This document shows positions 36,172 through 45,412 of a DNA stretch of 64,000 bases, one piece after another. The notes beneath the pieces are model-generated. The model did not search any database. It was not told where the DNA came from and saw nothing but the letters and a program-made list of their open reading frames with translations. Each line of letters opens with the position of its first letter. The stretch's first letter is position 1. The stretch comes from an uncultured Selenomonadales bacterium (GTDB lineage Bacteria > Bacillota > Negativicutes > Selenomonadales > Selenomonadaceae). The translations under genes were made by a program, and so were the position numbers. The DNA lies in NCBI GenBank assembly GCA_946536925.1, contig CAMNFC010000001.1, positions 4,064 to 68,063 on the forward strand, given 5' to 3'.

Positions 36172-37743
36172 TCACACCTCCAAAAATTTCATCTTGTGCG
36201 CGACGGTCATCATTTCGCACTGACGAACCAAGACATTTAACCCCGTGAAAAGATTTCCCGTCAACACGTCGGCAATCATCAAAGTTCCCACGTATTCGAG
36301 CGGCAAATTCAAATTCGTCAACAAAAGCGTGAAAGTCGCCACGATTCCGCCGGCCGCGTTCGGTGAGGCAAAACTTAGTTGAATTGCCAGGAACGCCAGG
36401 ACGAACAACTCCGGCACAGAAAAAGTTTCGCCCGAAACCGCCACGACATAAAAGCCCGCCACGGACAGCTGAATCAATTTCGACGGCGAAAACAAAACCA
36501 ACGACAGCGGTATCCAAAAGTTGCAGAATTTTTCTTCGATGTGCAAGCTCTCTTTGGATATCTCCAAACTTTTTGGCAACGAGGCAACGGAACTGCCCGT
36601 CGTCAAAGAAATTATCGCCGCGGGTGAAATTTTTTTCAAGAAGTCTGCGGCGGAAATTTTTGTCTTGAAAGTGACGCGCAACAACATTAGCACGATTATT
36701 ATCGCGTAAACGATTAATTCCGCGGCAATTATCTCCCAAACCTTGAAAAAATCCGTCAGACTGCTCGTCAACAGCGTTTTGAAGATACAAAGGAAAATTA
36801 TCAGCGGAATTATCGAAAAAACCGCCTCGACGATGTTAAACATCAAAAAATTGAGTTCCGCAACCAAATTTTTTACGTTGGAGATTCTCCTGCCGATTTT
36901 TATAATACAAATCCCCACGACGAACGCCATAACCGTGACTTGCAGGACATTTCCCTTCAAAAAAGCTTCCAAAATGTTCGTCGGGACGAATGAAAGCAAC
37001 ATCGTCGAAATTTCGCTCAAATCAACCGCATTTTTGTCCGTCAGCAACGTCACGGGGAAAAAAATCTCGCCGATTGCAAAAGTTATCGCAACAATTACCG
37101 CGTCGAGCAAAAAAAATCTGCCCAAAACCGTCGAGCCGATGTTATTTAGCATGGTGACATCTTCAATGGCGCAAATTCCGGCCACAATCGAAAAAAATAT
37201 CATAAAAACCGTCACCGTGACGATTAATTTCACTAAAATTGACAGTGCGGGCGAAATTATTTGCTCTGACAAAACTTTTTGCACTTCCGGCGGAAAATTT
37301 CCTGCGATAAACGAAAAAATTATCGCCAAAATTATCGCAACGCTTATCGAGCCGCCCGGAATCTTCGGAAGTCGCCGTTCGCGCGTCGAAAAGGAAATTA
37401 ATTCGTTAAAACCGTTTTCGTAGCGGTAAATCGTCTTTTCTTCTTCGTAGCGCAGGAGATTTTGCATGACTTCGTTGGTAAAAACAGTTTCGTCGTCCGA
37501 ATTATTTTCCAGCGGAGAAAAAGCCTCGCCTTTGACGCGGATAATAATTTTTGGTGCGCCGAAAAATTTTCTCGTGTAAAGTTGGAATTCGTGCGCCGAA
37601 CCGAATTTATCTTGATAACGCAGCAAAGATTCTTCGACTACGAGACAAATTTTGAGCACGTCTTTGTGCGGGGCGTTCGATTTTTCAAAAAAGGCGCGAA
37701 TGTCCTTGACGGCCGCGCCAATTTCGTTATTTGTCAGTTTCAT
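36172..37743 (-). CDS. Dicarboxylate/amino acid:cation symporter (DAACS/SDF) family transporter with ~130-aa N-terminal cytoplasmic extension
   Basis: The C-terminal ~400 aa are polytopic with SDF-like reentrant-loop segments (TGSSVASLP). The N-terminal soluble domain is unassigned. The ATG at 37743 was chosen as the start. Confidence 0.6.
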   Translation of the reverse strand: MKLTNNEIGAAVKDIRAFFEKSNAPHKDVLKICLVVEESLLRYQDKFGSAHEFQLYTRKFFGAPKIIIRVKGEAFSPLENNSDDETVFTNEVMQNLLRYEEEKTIYRYENGFNELISFSTRERRLPKIPGGSISVAIILAIIFSFIAGNFPPEVQKVLSEQIISPALSILVKLIVTVTVFMIFFSIVAGICAIEDVTMLNNIGSTVLGRFFLLDAVIVAITFAIGEIFFPVTLLTDKNAVDLSEISTMLLSFVPTNILEAFLKGNVLQVTVMAFVVGICIIKIGRRISNVKNLVAELNFLMFNIVEAVFSIIPLIIFLCIFKTLLTSSLTDFFKVWEIIAAELIVYAIIIVLMLLRVTFKTKISAADFLKKISPAAIISLTTGSSVASLPKSLEISKESLHIEEKFCNFWIPLSLVLFSPSKLIQLSVAGFYVVAVSGETFSVPELFVLAFLAIQLSFASPNAAGGIVATFTLLLTNLNLPLEYVGTLMIADVLTGNLFTGLNVLVRQCEMMTVAHKMKFLEV

Positions 37744-37744
37744 C

Positions 37745-38986
37745 TCAATAAATCGGATATTTTTTGCACAAAACCGCAACTCTCGCCCGCGCTTCAGCTT
37801 TTTTGTCGTCGTCAGTCGGATTATTCAGCACAAGAGCAATAATTTCCCCAACTTCGCGCATATCGTCTTCCAAAAAGCCGCGAGTTGTCAAAGCAGGGCT
37901 TCCGAGCCTCAAACCGCTGGTGACAAACGGACTGCGCGGCTCAAACGGGATTGTATTCTTGTTCGCGGTGATATTTACCTCGTCGAGAACGTTTTGCGCC
38001 TCTTTTCCCGTGATATTTTTGCTCGTGAGGTCTACAAGCATTAAATGATTGTCCGTGCCGCCCGAAACTATCCTAAATCCGTCTTTTTGAAGAGTTTTAG
38101 CTAAAATTTTTGCATTTTTGATGATTTGCGCCGCATAATCTTTAAATTCGGGCTGAAGTGCTTCAAAAAACGCAACGGCCTTTGCCGCGATGACGTGCAT
38201 GAGCGGGCCGCCTTGTGTGCCGGGGAAAATCGCTTTATTGAATTTTTTTCCGAGTTCTGCGTCGTTGCAAAGGATTAATCCGCCGCGAGGGCCTCTCAAA
38301 GTCTTATGCGTCGTCGAAGTCACAACATCGGCGTAAGGCAACGGACTGGGGTGCAATCCTGCCGCGACCAAGCCCGCAATGTGCGCCATATCGACCATTA
38401 AATAAGCTCCGACCTTTTTTGCAGTGTTTGCGAGCCGTTCAAAGTCAATTATTCGCGAATATGCCGACGCTCCCGCCACAATTATCTTCGGACGGCACTC
38501 AAAAGCGATTTTTTCCAAATTTTCGTAGTCAATCGTCTCAGTTTCGCGATTTACGCCGTACGGAACGATTTTAAAGTACTTTCCGCTCATGTTGACGGGC
38601 GATCCGTGCGTCAAATGCCCGCCGTCAGTCAAATTCATTCCCATAATCACATCGCCGGGCGTCGCGAGCGCAAAATACACCGCCATGTTCGCTTGAGCAC
38701 CCGAATGCGGCTGAACGTTGGCATATTCGCAGTTAAAAAGCTTTTTCGCGCGATCAATCGCAAGTTTTTCCGCCACGTCGACGAATTCGCAGCCGCCGTA
38801 ATATCTTTTGCCGGGATAACCCTCGGCGTATTTATTCGTCAAAACAGAGCCTTGAGCCTCCATAACAGCTTTGCTCACGATATTTTCCGACGCGATCAGT
38901 TCCAACTTGTTTCTCTGGCGATTCAGTTCATTTTCCACCGCCGCGAACAGTTCAGCGTCTTTTTTCAAGCTTTCCATTAAATTCAT
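37745..38986 (-). CDS. glyA: Serine hydroxymethyltransferase
   Basis: [36 protein letters not shown] ... [20 protein letters not shown] 7 nt upstream. Confidence 0.95.
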   Translation of the reverse strand: MNLMESLKKDAELFAAVENELNRQRNKLELIASENIVSKAVMEAQGSVLTNKYAEGYPGKRYYGGCEFVDVAEKLAIDRAKKLFNCEYANVQPHSGAQANMAVYFALATPGDVIMGMNLTDGGHLTHGSPVNMSGKYFKIVPYGVNRETETIDYENLEKIAFECRPKIIVAGASAYSRIIDFERLANTAKKVGAYLMVDMAHIAGLVAAGLHPSPLPYADVVTSTTHKTLRGPRGGLILCNDAELGKKFNKAIFPGTQGGPLMHVIAAKAVAFFEALQPEFKDYAAQIIKNAKILAKTLQKDGFRIVSGGTDNHLMLVDLTSKNITGKEAQNVLDEVNITANKNTIPFEPRSPFVTSGLRLGSPALTTRGFLEDDMREVGEIIALVLNNPTDDDKKAEARARVAVLCKKYPIY

Positions 38987-39004
38987 GCCGTAACCTCCAA
39001 AAAT

Positions 39005-39397
39005 TTAGTTTTCTGTTAAATTAAGAGCCGTCAAAAGCCCAAACATGCCTTGAGCCGCCACATCGTTGATAATTTTGCCCGCGTCGTTGAAATAATAGAA
39101 ATTCATCACGCTGAACGAAAATTTTTTGCCCGTCGGCGCAAGATTCATAAAATTTCCGTCGTGAGTGCCGCTGCAAGTCCAATGAACCGCAATTTTGTCG
39201 TTTTCGGCCGCCATATCGACAATTTCCCAGCGAATATCAGAAAAACTTTGCCGCATAAGCTCAACGACGCTCAAATAGCCCGCGCCGCCGATTAAAGGCT
39301 TGTCCGAAACGGGCGTAGTGAATTCTGCGTCCGCCGCGATGAGTTCTTCCGCCAAAATTTTGTCATTCGTGTTTATGCACGTCATAAAGCGTTTCAT
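39005..39397 (-). CDS. SnoaL-like ester cyclase family protein
   Basis: 131 aa from the ATG at 39397. The IAVHWTCSGTHDG ... PTGKKFSFSVMNFYYF pattern matches. The longer track ORF would overlap tsaC. Confidence 0.55.
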   Translation of the reverse strand: MKRFMTCINTNDKILAEELIAADAEFTTPVSDKPLIGGAGYLSVVELMRQSFSDIRWEIVDMAAENDKIAVHWTCSGTHDGNFMNLAPTGKKFSFSVMNFYYFNDAGKIINDVAAQGMFGLLTALNLTEN

Positions 39398-39423
39398 AGT
39401 CAATTTGTTGCGCTCGATATTGC

Positions 39424-40038
39424 TCAATTCAATACCTCCATGATTTTTTCCGCCGAAATTGCCCCGTGACGTAAAATTTTCGGCTCCGAAGTAGTTAAAT
39501 CGATTATTGTCGACGAAATTCCGAATTTGCACGCTCCGCCGTCCAAAATTATCGAAATTCTCCCCGATAAGTTGTCAAAAACTTCCTGCGCGGTCTTCGG
39601 CGGCGTTTTTCCAGATAAATTCGCGCTCGGTGCCGCGATTGGTACGCCTGAAAGGGTTATCAGCTTTAATGCAACGTCATTTGCGGGGAATCTTATCCCG
39701 ACGCTCGATTTTCCCGTCACGAAGTCAGGAATAATTTTATTCTTTGGCAATATTATCGTCAAGGCACCCGGACAAAACGTTTTGAATAATTTTTCGGCCT
39801 GCGCGGTGATTATCGCGATTTTTTCCGCCATTTCAAGGCTCGAAACGTGCAAACTCAACGGTTTGTCGTTCGGTCTGCCCTTCACAGCGAAAATTTTCCT
39901 GCAAGCCTCGATATTTAAGCCGTCCGCGCCCAATCCGTAGACAGTTTCCGTCGGGAACGCCACCAAAGAGCCTTTTTTAATCATTTCCGCCGCAAAAATC
40001 AAATTTTCTTCCGTCGGACGCAAAATTTTTGTCTGCAA
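39424..40038 (-). CDS. tsaC: L-threonylcarbamoyladenylate synthase (YrdC/TsaC type)
   Basis: VAFPTETVYGLGAD ... KGRPNDKPLSLHV ... SANLSG. Confidence 0.85.
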   Translation of the reverse strand: MQTKILRPTEENLIFAAEMIKKGSLVAFPTETVYGLGADGLNIEACRKIFAVKGRPNDKPLSLHVSSLEMAEKIAIITAQAEKLFKTFCPGALTIILPKNKIIPDFVTGKSSVGIRFPANDVALKLITLSGVPIAAPSANLSGKTPPKTAQEVFDNLSGRISIILDGGACKFGISSTIIDLTTSEPKILRHGAISAEKIMEVLN

Positions 40039-40039
40039 T

Positions 40040-40885
40040 TCAATTCCTCCCGATTACGACACGTTCAATCCCCGCCAAATCTTTAAAAATTTCAATTTCG
40101 ACAAATTTTTCCTGCTCGAAAAGATTTTTCACGGCCGACGATTGATTGAAACCGATTTCGACCGCCAAAACGCCGCCGTCGACCAAAAATTTCTTCGCGC
40201 CCGAAATTATCAGCCGATAAAAGCTCAAACCGTCAATTCCGCCGTCCAAAGCAAGTTGCGGCTCGCGTTTTACCTCCGATTGCAAAGTTTTCAAGTCATT
40301 TGTCGGGATATATGGCGGATTCGAGACTATTGCGTCGAAAATTTTGCCTTCGACGGGAAAAAACAAGTCTCCGCAAAAAAATTCGGCTCTTTCGTCGACG
40401 TGAAACTTTTTCGCGTTGAATTTTGCGACTTCCAAAGCTTTTTCGGAGATATCGACGGCTATTGCGCGAGAATTTTTGACGAATTTAAGAATTGAGACTG
40501 AAATTGCGCCTGAACCTGCTCCCAAGTCCAAAAATTTGCCTCCGCCGCGCGAACGCAAGAATTCTCCGACGAATTCGGCTAAAATTTCAGTTTCAGGCCG
40601 CGGAATAAGCACATTTTCGTTGACGGCGAACGACAAACCAAAAAATTCTTTCGCGCCGATTAAATATGCCGTCGGAATTCGTTCCAAACGCCGATTTATC
40701 AGCTCATTGAAACGAAAAACCGATTCGAGCGGCAAAATTTTATCGGAATCGACGTAAAGTTGTAATCTTCGACATTTTAGGACGTGTGCGAGCAAAATTT
40801 CAGCGTCGAGGCGTGGATTTTCGATTTTTTCGGCCGCCAGACGTTGTGAAGCTGATTTTAAGACTTCAAACACGGAAAATTTCAT
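40040..40885 (-). CDS. prmC: Peptide chain release factor N5-glutamine methyltransferase
   Basis: LDLGAGSGAI and VSNPPYIP motifs. The ATG at 40885 follows GAGGTG. Confidence 0.85.
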   Translation of the reverse strand: MKFSVFEVLKSASQRLAAEKIENPRLDAEILLAHVLKCRRLQLYVDSDKILPLESVFRFNELINRRLERIPTAYLIGAKEFFGLSFAVNENVLIPRPETEILAEFVGEFLRSRGGGKFLDLGAGSGAISVSILKFVKNSRAIAVDISEKALEVAKFNAKKFHVDERAEFFCGDLFFPVEGKIFDAIVSNPPYIPTNDLKTLQSEVKREPQLALDGGIDGLSFYRLIISGAKKFLVDGGVLAVEIGFNQSSAVKNLFEQEKFVEIEIFKDLAGIERVVIGRN

Positions 40886-40914
40886 AAAAAACACCTCTCA
40901 AGCGATTATAACAG

Positions 40915-40936
40915 AAAAAAACGCCCTTGAAAGGCG
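40915..40936 (-). terminator. Intrinsic terminator-like hairpin 30 nt upstream of prmC
   Basis: On the minus strand this reads CGCCT-TTCAA-GGGCG followed by T7. Confidence 0.45.
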
Positions 40937-41112
40937 ATTTGGAGAAATTTTTGCGATTTGGAGCTTGAAAACGGGTTTTGAAGTGATTTTGGCGGCTAAA
41001 ATGACAAAATCCAATATATTAGATTTTGTATCGCGTCAGAATGCGGATTTTTCGGCCACCCGCCAAATCAGGGTGTTTTTTTCGTTCAAAATGAGTTTTC
41101 CGCGTCCGTGGC

Positions 41113-41135
41113 AAAAAAAATCGCCCCGAAAGGCG
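41113..41135 (-). terminator. Rho-independent terminator of the dapF-to-yacL-like operon
   Basis: On the minus strand this reads CGCCT-UUCG-GGGCG, then A, then T8. It lies 45 nt after the stop at 41180. Confidence 0.65.
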
Positions 41136-41179
41136 TTTTGAAGTTTCAAAGTGCGAAATTTGCTGTTTTGGACGATAAA

Positions 41180-42382
41180 TCAGCGCGGTTTGGCGAAAAT
41201 CATTCTTCCGGCGGACGTTTGGAGCGCGGAAGTGACTTCAACGGAGATTGTGCGGCTCAAATAGCGGTGACCGTTCTCGATAACGATCATTGTGCCGTCA
41301 TCGAGGTACGCAACGCCTTGACCGGGCTCTTTTCCGTCCTTTACGACCTGCACGCGCATGGTTTCGCCGGGAATAACGACTGGTTTGACTGCATTTGACA
41401 GTTCATTTATGTTTAAAACGTCTACGCCGCGCAATTGAGCAACTTTATTTAGGTTAAAGTCGTTTGTGATGATTTTTCCGCCGAGTTTTTGCGCCAGACG
41501 CACCAATTTTGAGTCTACGCCCTGAATATCATCGAAATTCACGTTCATAATCTCAACTTCGAGGTGATTTGATTCGTCCTCGCGGATTTTTTGCAAAACA
41601 TCAAGCCCGCGACGTCCGCGAACCCTTCTGAGCGTGTCAGACGAGTCTGCGATGTATTGAAGCTCTTCCAAAACGAAAACCGGGATTAAAAGCGTGCCTT
41701 CGAGGAATCCTGTCTTGCAAATGTCTGCAATTCGTCCGTCGATGATAACATTTGTGTCGAGAAGCTTATAATTTTTATTTTTATGCTCTTTTAGCTTGAC
41801 GAGATTGACTTTTGGGCGTTCTGCGGGCGGTTCGGCGACTTTTTCGGCTTCTTTAGCCTCTTTAGCGGCTTTTGCGGCCTCTCGGTTGCGTAAAATCTCT
41901 TTTATGAAGTCAAAACTGCCGGTAATCTCTTTTCTCTTCTTAATTGTGAGCCGAACGCCCAAATAACCGAGCACGATACTGAAAATGATAGGAAAATAGC
42001 TTCCGATGACGGGAATTCGGGCAAAAGCGTTGCCCAATAAGTTCGCGATGATAAGTCCGATAGCCAAACCGACTGCTCCGGCGATTACGTCGTTGATCGG
42101 CATTTTGCTGAGCTGTTTTTCAACAAAAAAAGTAAAATTTTTGAGTTTGTCGATTAAAAACGGGGAAATAAACCACCCTGCGAGCCCTCCGACGAGTGCA
42201 CCGGCCAAAATCAAGCCCAAACCGGCGATCGTCAGCTCAAAAACACCCGTATCGAGCTTAAAGAACTCCAAATTGATGTATGAGATTAAAAAAGGGCTTA
42301 CTTGGTGCAAAGCTGCGCCTCCGACGATTGCAAACGTCAAAGTTATGAAGAATTTTATCGCTTTATCAAGCATAGACTTCAC
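41180..42382 (-). CDS. Membrane PIN/TRAM domain protein (YacL-like)
   Basis: 4 N-terminal TM segments, a PIN domain (LLDTNVIIDGRI ... VLEELQ) and a C-terminal TRAM-like beta domain. Confidence 0.75.
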   Translation of the reverse strand: MKSMLDKAIKFFITLTFAIVGGAALHQVSPFLISYINLEFFKLDTGVFELTIAGLGLILAGALVGGLAGWFISPFLIDKLKNFTFFVEKQLSKMPINDVIAGAVGLAIGLIIANLLGNAFARIPVIGSYFPIIFSIVLGYLGVRLTIKKRKEITGSFDFIKEILRNREAAKAAKEAKEAEKVAEPPAERPKVNLVKLKEHKNKNYKLLDTNVIIDGRIADICKTGFLEGTLLIPVFVLEELQYIADSSDTLRRVRGRRGLDVLQKIREDESNHLEVEIMNVNFDDIQGVDSKLVRLAQKLGGKIITNDFNLNKVAQLRGVDVLNINELSNAVKPVVIPGETMRVQVVKDGKEPGQGVAYLDDGTMIVIENGHRYLSRTISVEVTSALQTSAGRMIFAKPR

Positions 42383-42425
42383 CTCCCATAAAATTTACGC
42401 AAGCCTAGCATATTTTTATGAAATT

Positions 42426-43649
42426 TTACTGATTGAAGCCGACGGGGAAGAATTTTTTATCATTTAATAACTTTTCGACGCGCAAAACGATTTTTTCGGC
42501 CAATTCGGCCTTTGACATCAGCGGAAACGTCTCAATTTCGCCGTCGCGCCAAATAATCGACGCAATATTGGTTGAAACGCCGAAACCTGCGCCTTCAGCC
42601 GTCACATCATTGGCAACGATGAAGTCCAAGTTCTTTTCGACGAGTTTTTTCCGCGCGTAATCCAAAATATTTTGAGTTTCGGCGGCAAAACCGACGAGAA
42701 CTTGATTTTTTTTCAAATTTCCGAGTTCGCGGAGGATATCGGGGTTTTTTACGAGTTCGAGCGTCAAATTTTCGGCGGATTTTTTAATTTTCTGCGCGGC
42801 GGGCGATTTTACGCGATAATCTGCGACTGCGGCGGACATAATCACGCAATCGGCCGTTTCAAACTCATTTAAAACCTTTTCGCGCATTTCTAACGCCGAT
42901 TCGACCTTGAAAAAGCTTTTTAAGCCGTTCGGAGGCTCAATTTCGGCTTTTCCGGAGATTAAAACGACATCTGCGCCCGATTCGACGGCAAATTTCGCAA
43001 TTTCGCAGCCCATGCGCCCGCTCGAACGATTTCCGATGTATCGAACGGGGTCAATCGCCTCCAAAGTGCCGCCGGCAGTCACGATAATCTTTTTTCCGGC
43101 TAAAATCTGTTCTTCGGCCAAGATTTTTTCGATTTCGGCGCAAATTTCTTCGGGTTCGGGCAATCTTCCTTTGCCGGAGGTGCCGCAAGCCAAATTTCCT
43201 GTGTTTGGTTCCAAAATTTTCACTCCGCGAGCCTTTAAGACGGATAAATTTGCTTGAGTGGCGGGATTTTCGTACATTTTGGTGTTCATGGCGGGCGCGA
43301 CCAAAATTTTTCCGTCAAAAGCCAAAATTGTGGTCGTTAGCAAGTCATCGGCGATTCCGTGAGCCATTTTAGCCAAAAAATTTGCTGTGGCGGGCGCAAT
43401 CAGGATTAAATCGGCGAAATTTGCCAAAGCGACGTGCGCCACATGAAAATTCGCCGCATCCCCGAACATTTCCACGGACACGGCGTTACCGGTAATTTCT
43501 TGAAAGGTTCTCGGCGAGACAAATTCGGTTGCGTTGCGCGTCATCATGATTTTGACGTTTGCGCCGGATTTTTTCAGGCGGCTCGCGACCTCAACAACTT
43601 TGTACGCCGCGATTCCGCCCGTCACACCGATCAAAATATTTTTTTCCAT
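42426..43649 (-). CDS. coaBC: Bifunctional phosphopantothenoylcysteine decarboxylase / phosphopantothenate-cysteine ligase
   Basis: ILIGVTGGIAAYK ... PAMN ... GNRSSGRMG ... AAVADYR. Confidence 0.9.
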   Translation of the reverse strand: MEKNILIGVTGGIAAYKVVEVASRLKKSGANVKIMMTRNATEFVSPRTFQEITGNAVSVEMFGDAANFHVAHVALANFADLILIAPATANFLAKMAHGIADDLLTTTILAFDGKILVAPAMNTKMYENPATQANLSVLKARGVKILEPNTGNLACGTSGKGRLPEPEEICAEIEKILAEEQILAGKKIIVTAGGTLEAIDPVRYIGNRSSGRMGCEIAKFAVESGADVVLISGKAEIEPPNGLKSFFKVESALEMREKVLNEFETADCVIMSAAVADYRVKSPAAQKIKKSAENLTLELVKNPDILRELGNLKKNQVLVGFAAETQNILDYARKKLVEKNLDFIVANDVTAEGAGFGVSTNIASIIWRDGEIETFPLMSKAELAEKIVLRVEKLLNDKKFFPVGFNQ

Positions 43650-43652
43650 GCG

Positions 43653-43874
43653 TCAATCCTTTATCGTGTAAGTGATTTTCCCCTCGTTGATTTCTTCCAT
43701 CGCGTTTGTCAAATTTTTCCCTGCGTGAATTTCAACGCGGCAGGGTTTTCCGCTCAAAAGTTCGCGGGCTCTTTTGCTGGCCAGGACGACCAGAGCGTAA
43801 CGGCTGTGCGCCTGCTTGAGCATCGAGTCCGTCGAAGGATTGACCATGCTAAGCGGCGTTGCGTTCAACTTCAT
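43653..43874 (-). CDS. rpoZ: DNA-directed RNA polymerase subunit omega
   Basis: SRYALVVLASKRAREL motif. It sits in the conserved position between gmk and coaBC. Confidence 0.85.
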   Translation of the reverse strand: MKLNATPLSMVNPSTDSMLKQAHSRYALVVLASKRARELLSGKPCRVEIHAGKNLTNAMEEINEGKITYTIKD

Positions 43875-44477
43875 TTAAAATCCTCCCTCAAAAATAAATT
43901 TGTCTGCGTTGCGAGAAACTTTGCAGCGTTCGGCCGTCAAAATCGCTTTAATTTTTTCGGCGGCGTTTTCAATCGTGTCGTTGACGACGACGTAATCATA
44001 TTCGAGGCCGATTTTAATTTCGGCGACGGCATTTTTCAATCGACGTTCCAAAGAAGCGGGCGTTTCGGTGCCGCGGCCTTCGATTCGGCGTTTGAGCTCG
44101 TCCAAACTCGGCGGCAGGAGAAAAATAAAAATTCCTTCGGGGCATTTTTTCTTGACGTTGAGCGCGCCTTGAACGTCGATTTCCAAAAGGATGTCTTCAC
44201 CGCGATTGAGTCGCTCCTCGATTTTGTTTAGCGGTGTGCCGTAAAAATTCCCGTAGACTTGGGCGTACTCCAAAAATTTTCCGTCGGCGATCCAACTTTT
44301 AAATTCGTCGCGGCCGAGGAAATAATATTCTCTGCCGTCAGTTTCGCCGGGACGAGGCTCTCTGGTTGTGGCGGAAATTGAATAAGCGACCGCGGGCAAG
44401 TCGTTCAAAATTTTTTTGCAAACAGTGCCCTTGCCCGTGCCGCTCGCGCCGGAAATGACAATCAGAAGCCCGCGCAT
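43875..44477 (-). CDS. gmk: Guanylate kinase
   Basis: VISGASGTGKGT ... SATTREPRPGE ... YFL. Confidence 0.9.
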   Translation of the reverse strand: MRGLLIVISGASGTGKGTVCKKILNDLPAVAYSISATTREPRPGETDGREYYFLGRDEFKSWIADGKFLEYAQVYGNFYGTPLNKIEERLNRGEDILLEIDVQGALNVKKKCPEGIFIFLLPPSLDELKRRIEGRGTETPASLERRLKNAVAEIKIGLEYDYVVVNDTIENAAEKIKAILTAERCKVSRNADKFIFEGGF

Positions 44478-45302
44478 TTAAAATTCTCCGACGAAAACTT
44501 TTTCGGCCGCGCCCGTCATGAAAATGTGATTGTTTTCGCGCCAATCGATTTGAAGTTCGCCGCCGTCGAGGATGACCGTGGATTTTTTGCCGGCCAAGCC
44601 GTTCAAGTTCGCCGCAACAGCCGTGGCACAAGCTCCCGTGCCGCACGCCAAAGTGATTCCGCTGCCGCGCTCCCAAACTCTCATGCGCAACTTGTTTTCG
44701 CCGACAACTTGGACGAATTCGGTGTTGGTCTTGCGCGGGAAAAATTTATGCGTCTCGAACTTCGGGCCGATGTGTTCCAAGTCAATCTTTTTGATGTCGT
44801 CGACAAAAACCACGCAGTGCGGATTGCCCATGGAAACGCAAGTCATCTTGTATTTGACGCCGTCAACTTCAATCGGCTCGGCGATCAATTTTTTTGAGCC
44901 GAAACCGTCAACGGGAATTTTGTCCGCGGCGAAAATCGGCTCGCCCATGTCCACGGTTACCAAATCGTATTTCATGCTCACGGTCAAAATGCCCGCGCCC
45001 GTCTCTACCGTCAAATCGTCGTCGGAGAAAAATTTGTCGCCGCTCAAAAGGTAGCGCGCAAAACATCTCAAGCCGTTGCCGCACATTTCGGCTTCGGTTC
45101 CGTCCGCATTAAAAATTCTCATGCGGGTGGCCGCCTTGTTGGAGCTGAGCACGTAAATCACGCCGTCCGCGCCGATTCCAAAATGTCTGTCGCACAGCTG
45201 TTTAATTTTTTCGGGCTCGTCAATCGCGTCGCCGGGGCGGTCAATCAAAATGAAATCGTTTCCGCAACCTTGCCACTTTTCAAATTTCTGCAAAACAATC
45301 AT
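44478..45302 (-). CDS. dapF: Diaminopimelate epimerase
   Basis: GCGNDFILID ... CGNGLRC ... ACGTGA catalytic cysteine motifs. Confidence 0.9.
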   Translation of the reverse strand: MIVLQKFEKWQGCGNDFILIDRPGDAIDEPEKIKQLCDRHFGIGADGVIYVLSSNKAATRMRIFNADGTEAEMCGNGLRCFARYLLSGDKFFSDDDLTVETGAGILTVSMKYDLVTVDMGEPIFAADKIPVDGFGSKKLIAEPIEVDGVKYKMTCVSMGNPHCVVFVDDIKKIDLEHIGPKFETHKFFPRKTNTEFVQVVGENKLRMRVWERGSGITLACGTGACATAVAANLNGLAGKKSTVILDGGELQIDWRENNHIFMTGAAEKVFVGEF

Positions 45303-45370
45303 CTCCTTTGATTCGCGAAGTATACAACTTTTTTACAGTTCGTGCAACCAATCAATCTTGGAGCATGCGC

Positions 45371-45397
45371 AAAAAAAAATCCCGCCGCGCAGACGGG
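45371..45397 (-). terminator. Rho-independent terminator of the second RTX-like gene
   Basis: On the minus strand this reads CCCGTC-TGCGC-GGCGGG followed by a T9 run. Confidence 0.6.
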
Positions 45398-45412
45398 AAA
45401 AAATTTTTTCGT

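Noticed and set aside
41001-41144. 47-aa plus-strand ORF in the prmC/yacL-like spacer
   Set aside because: It has no Shine-Dalgarno sequence, an odd composition, and spans two minus-strand terminators. The region is better explained as non-coding regulatory RNA.
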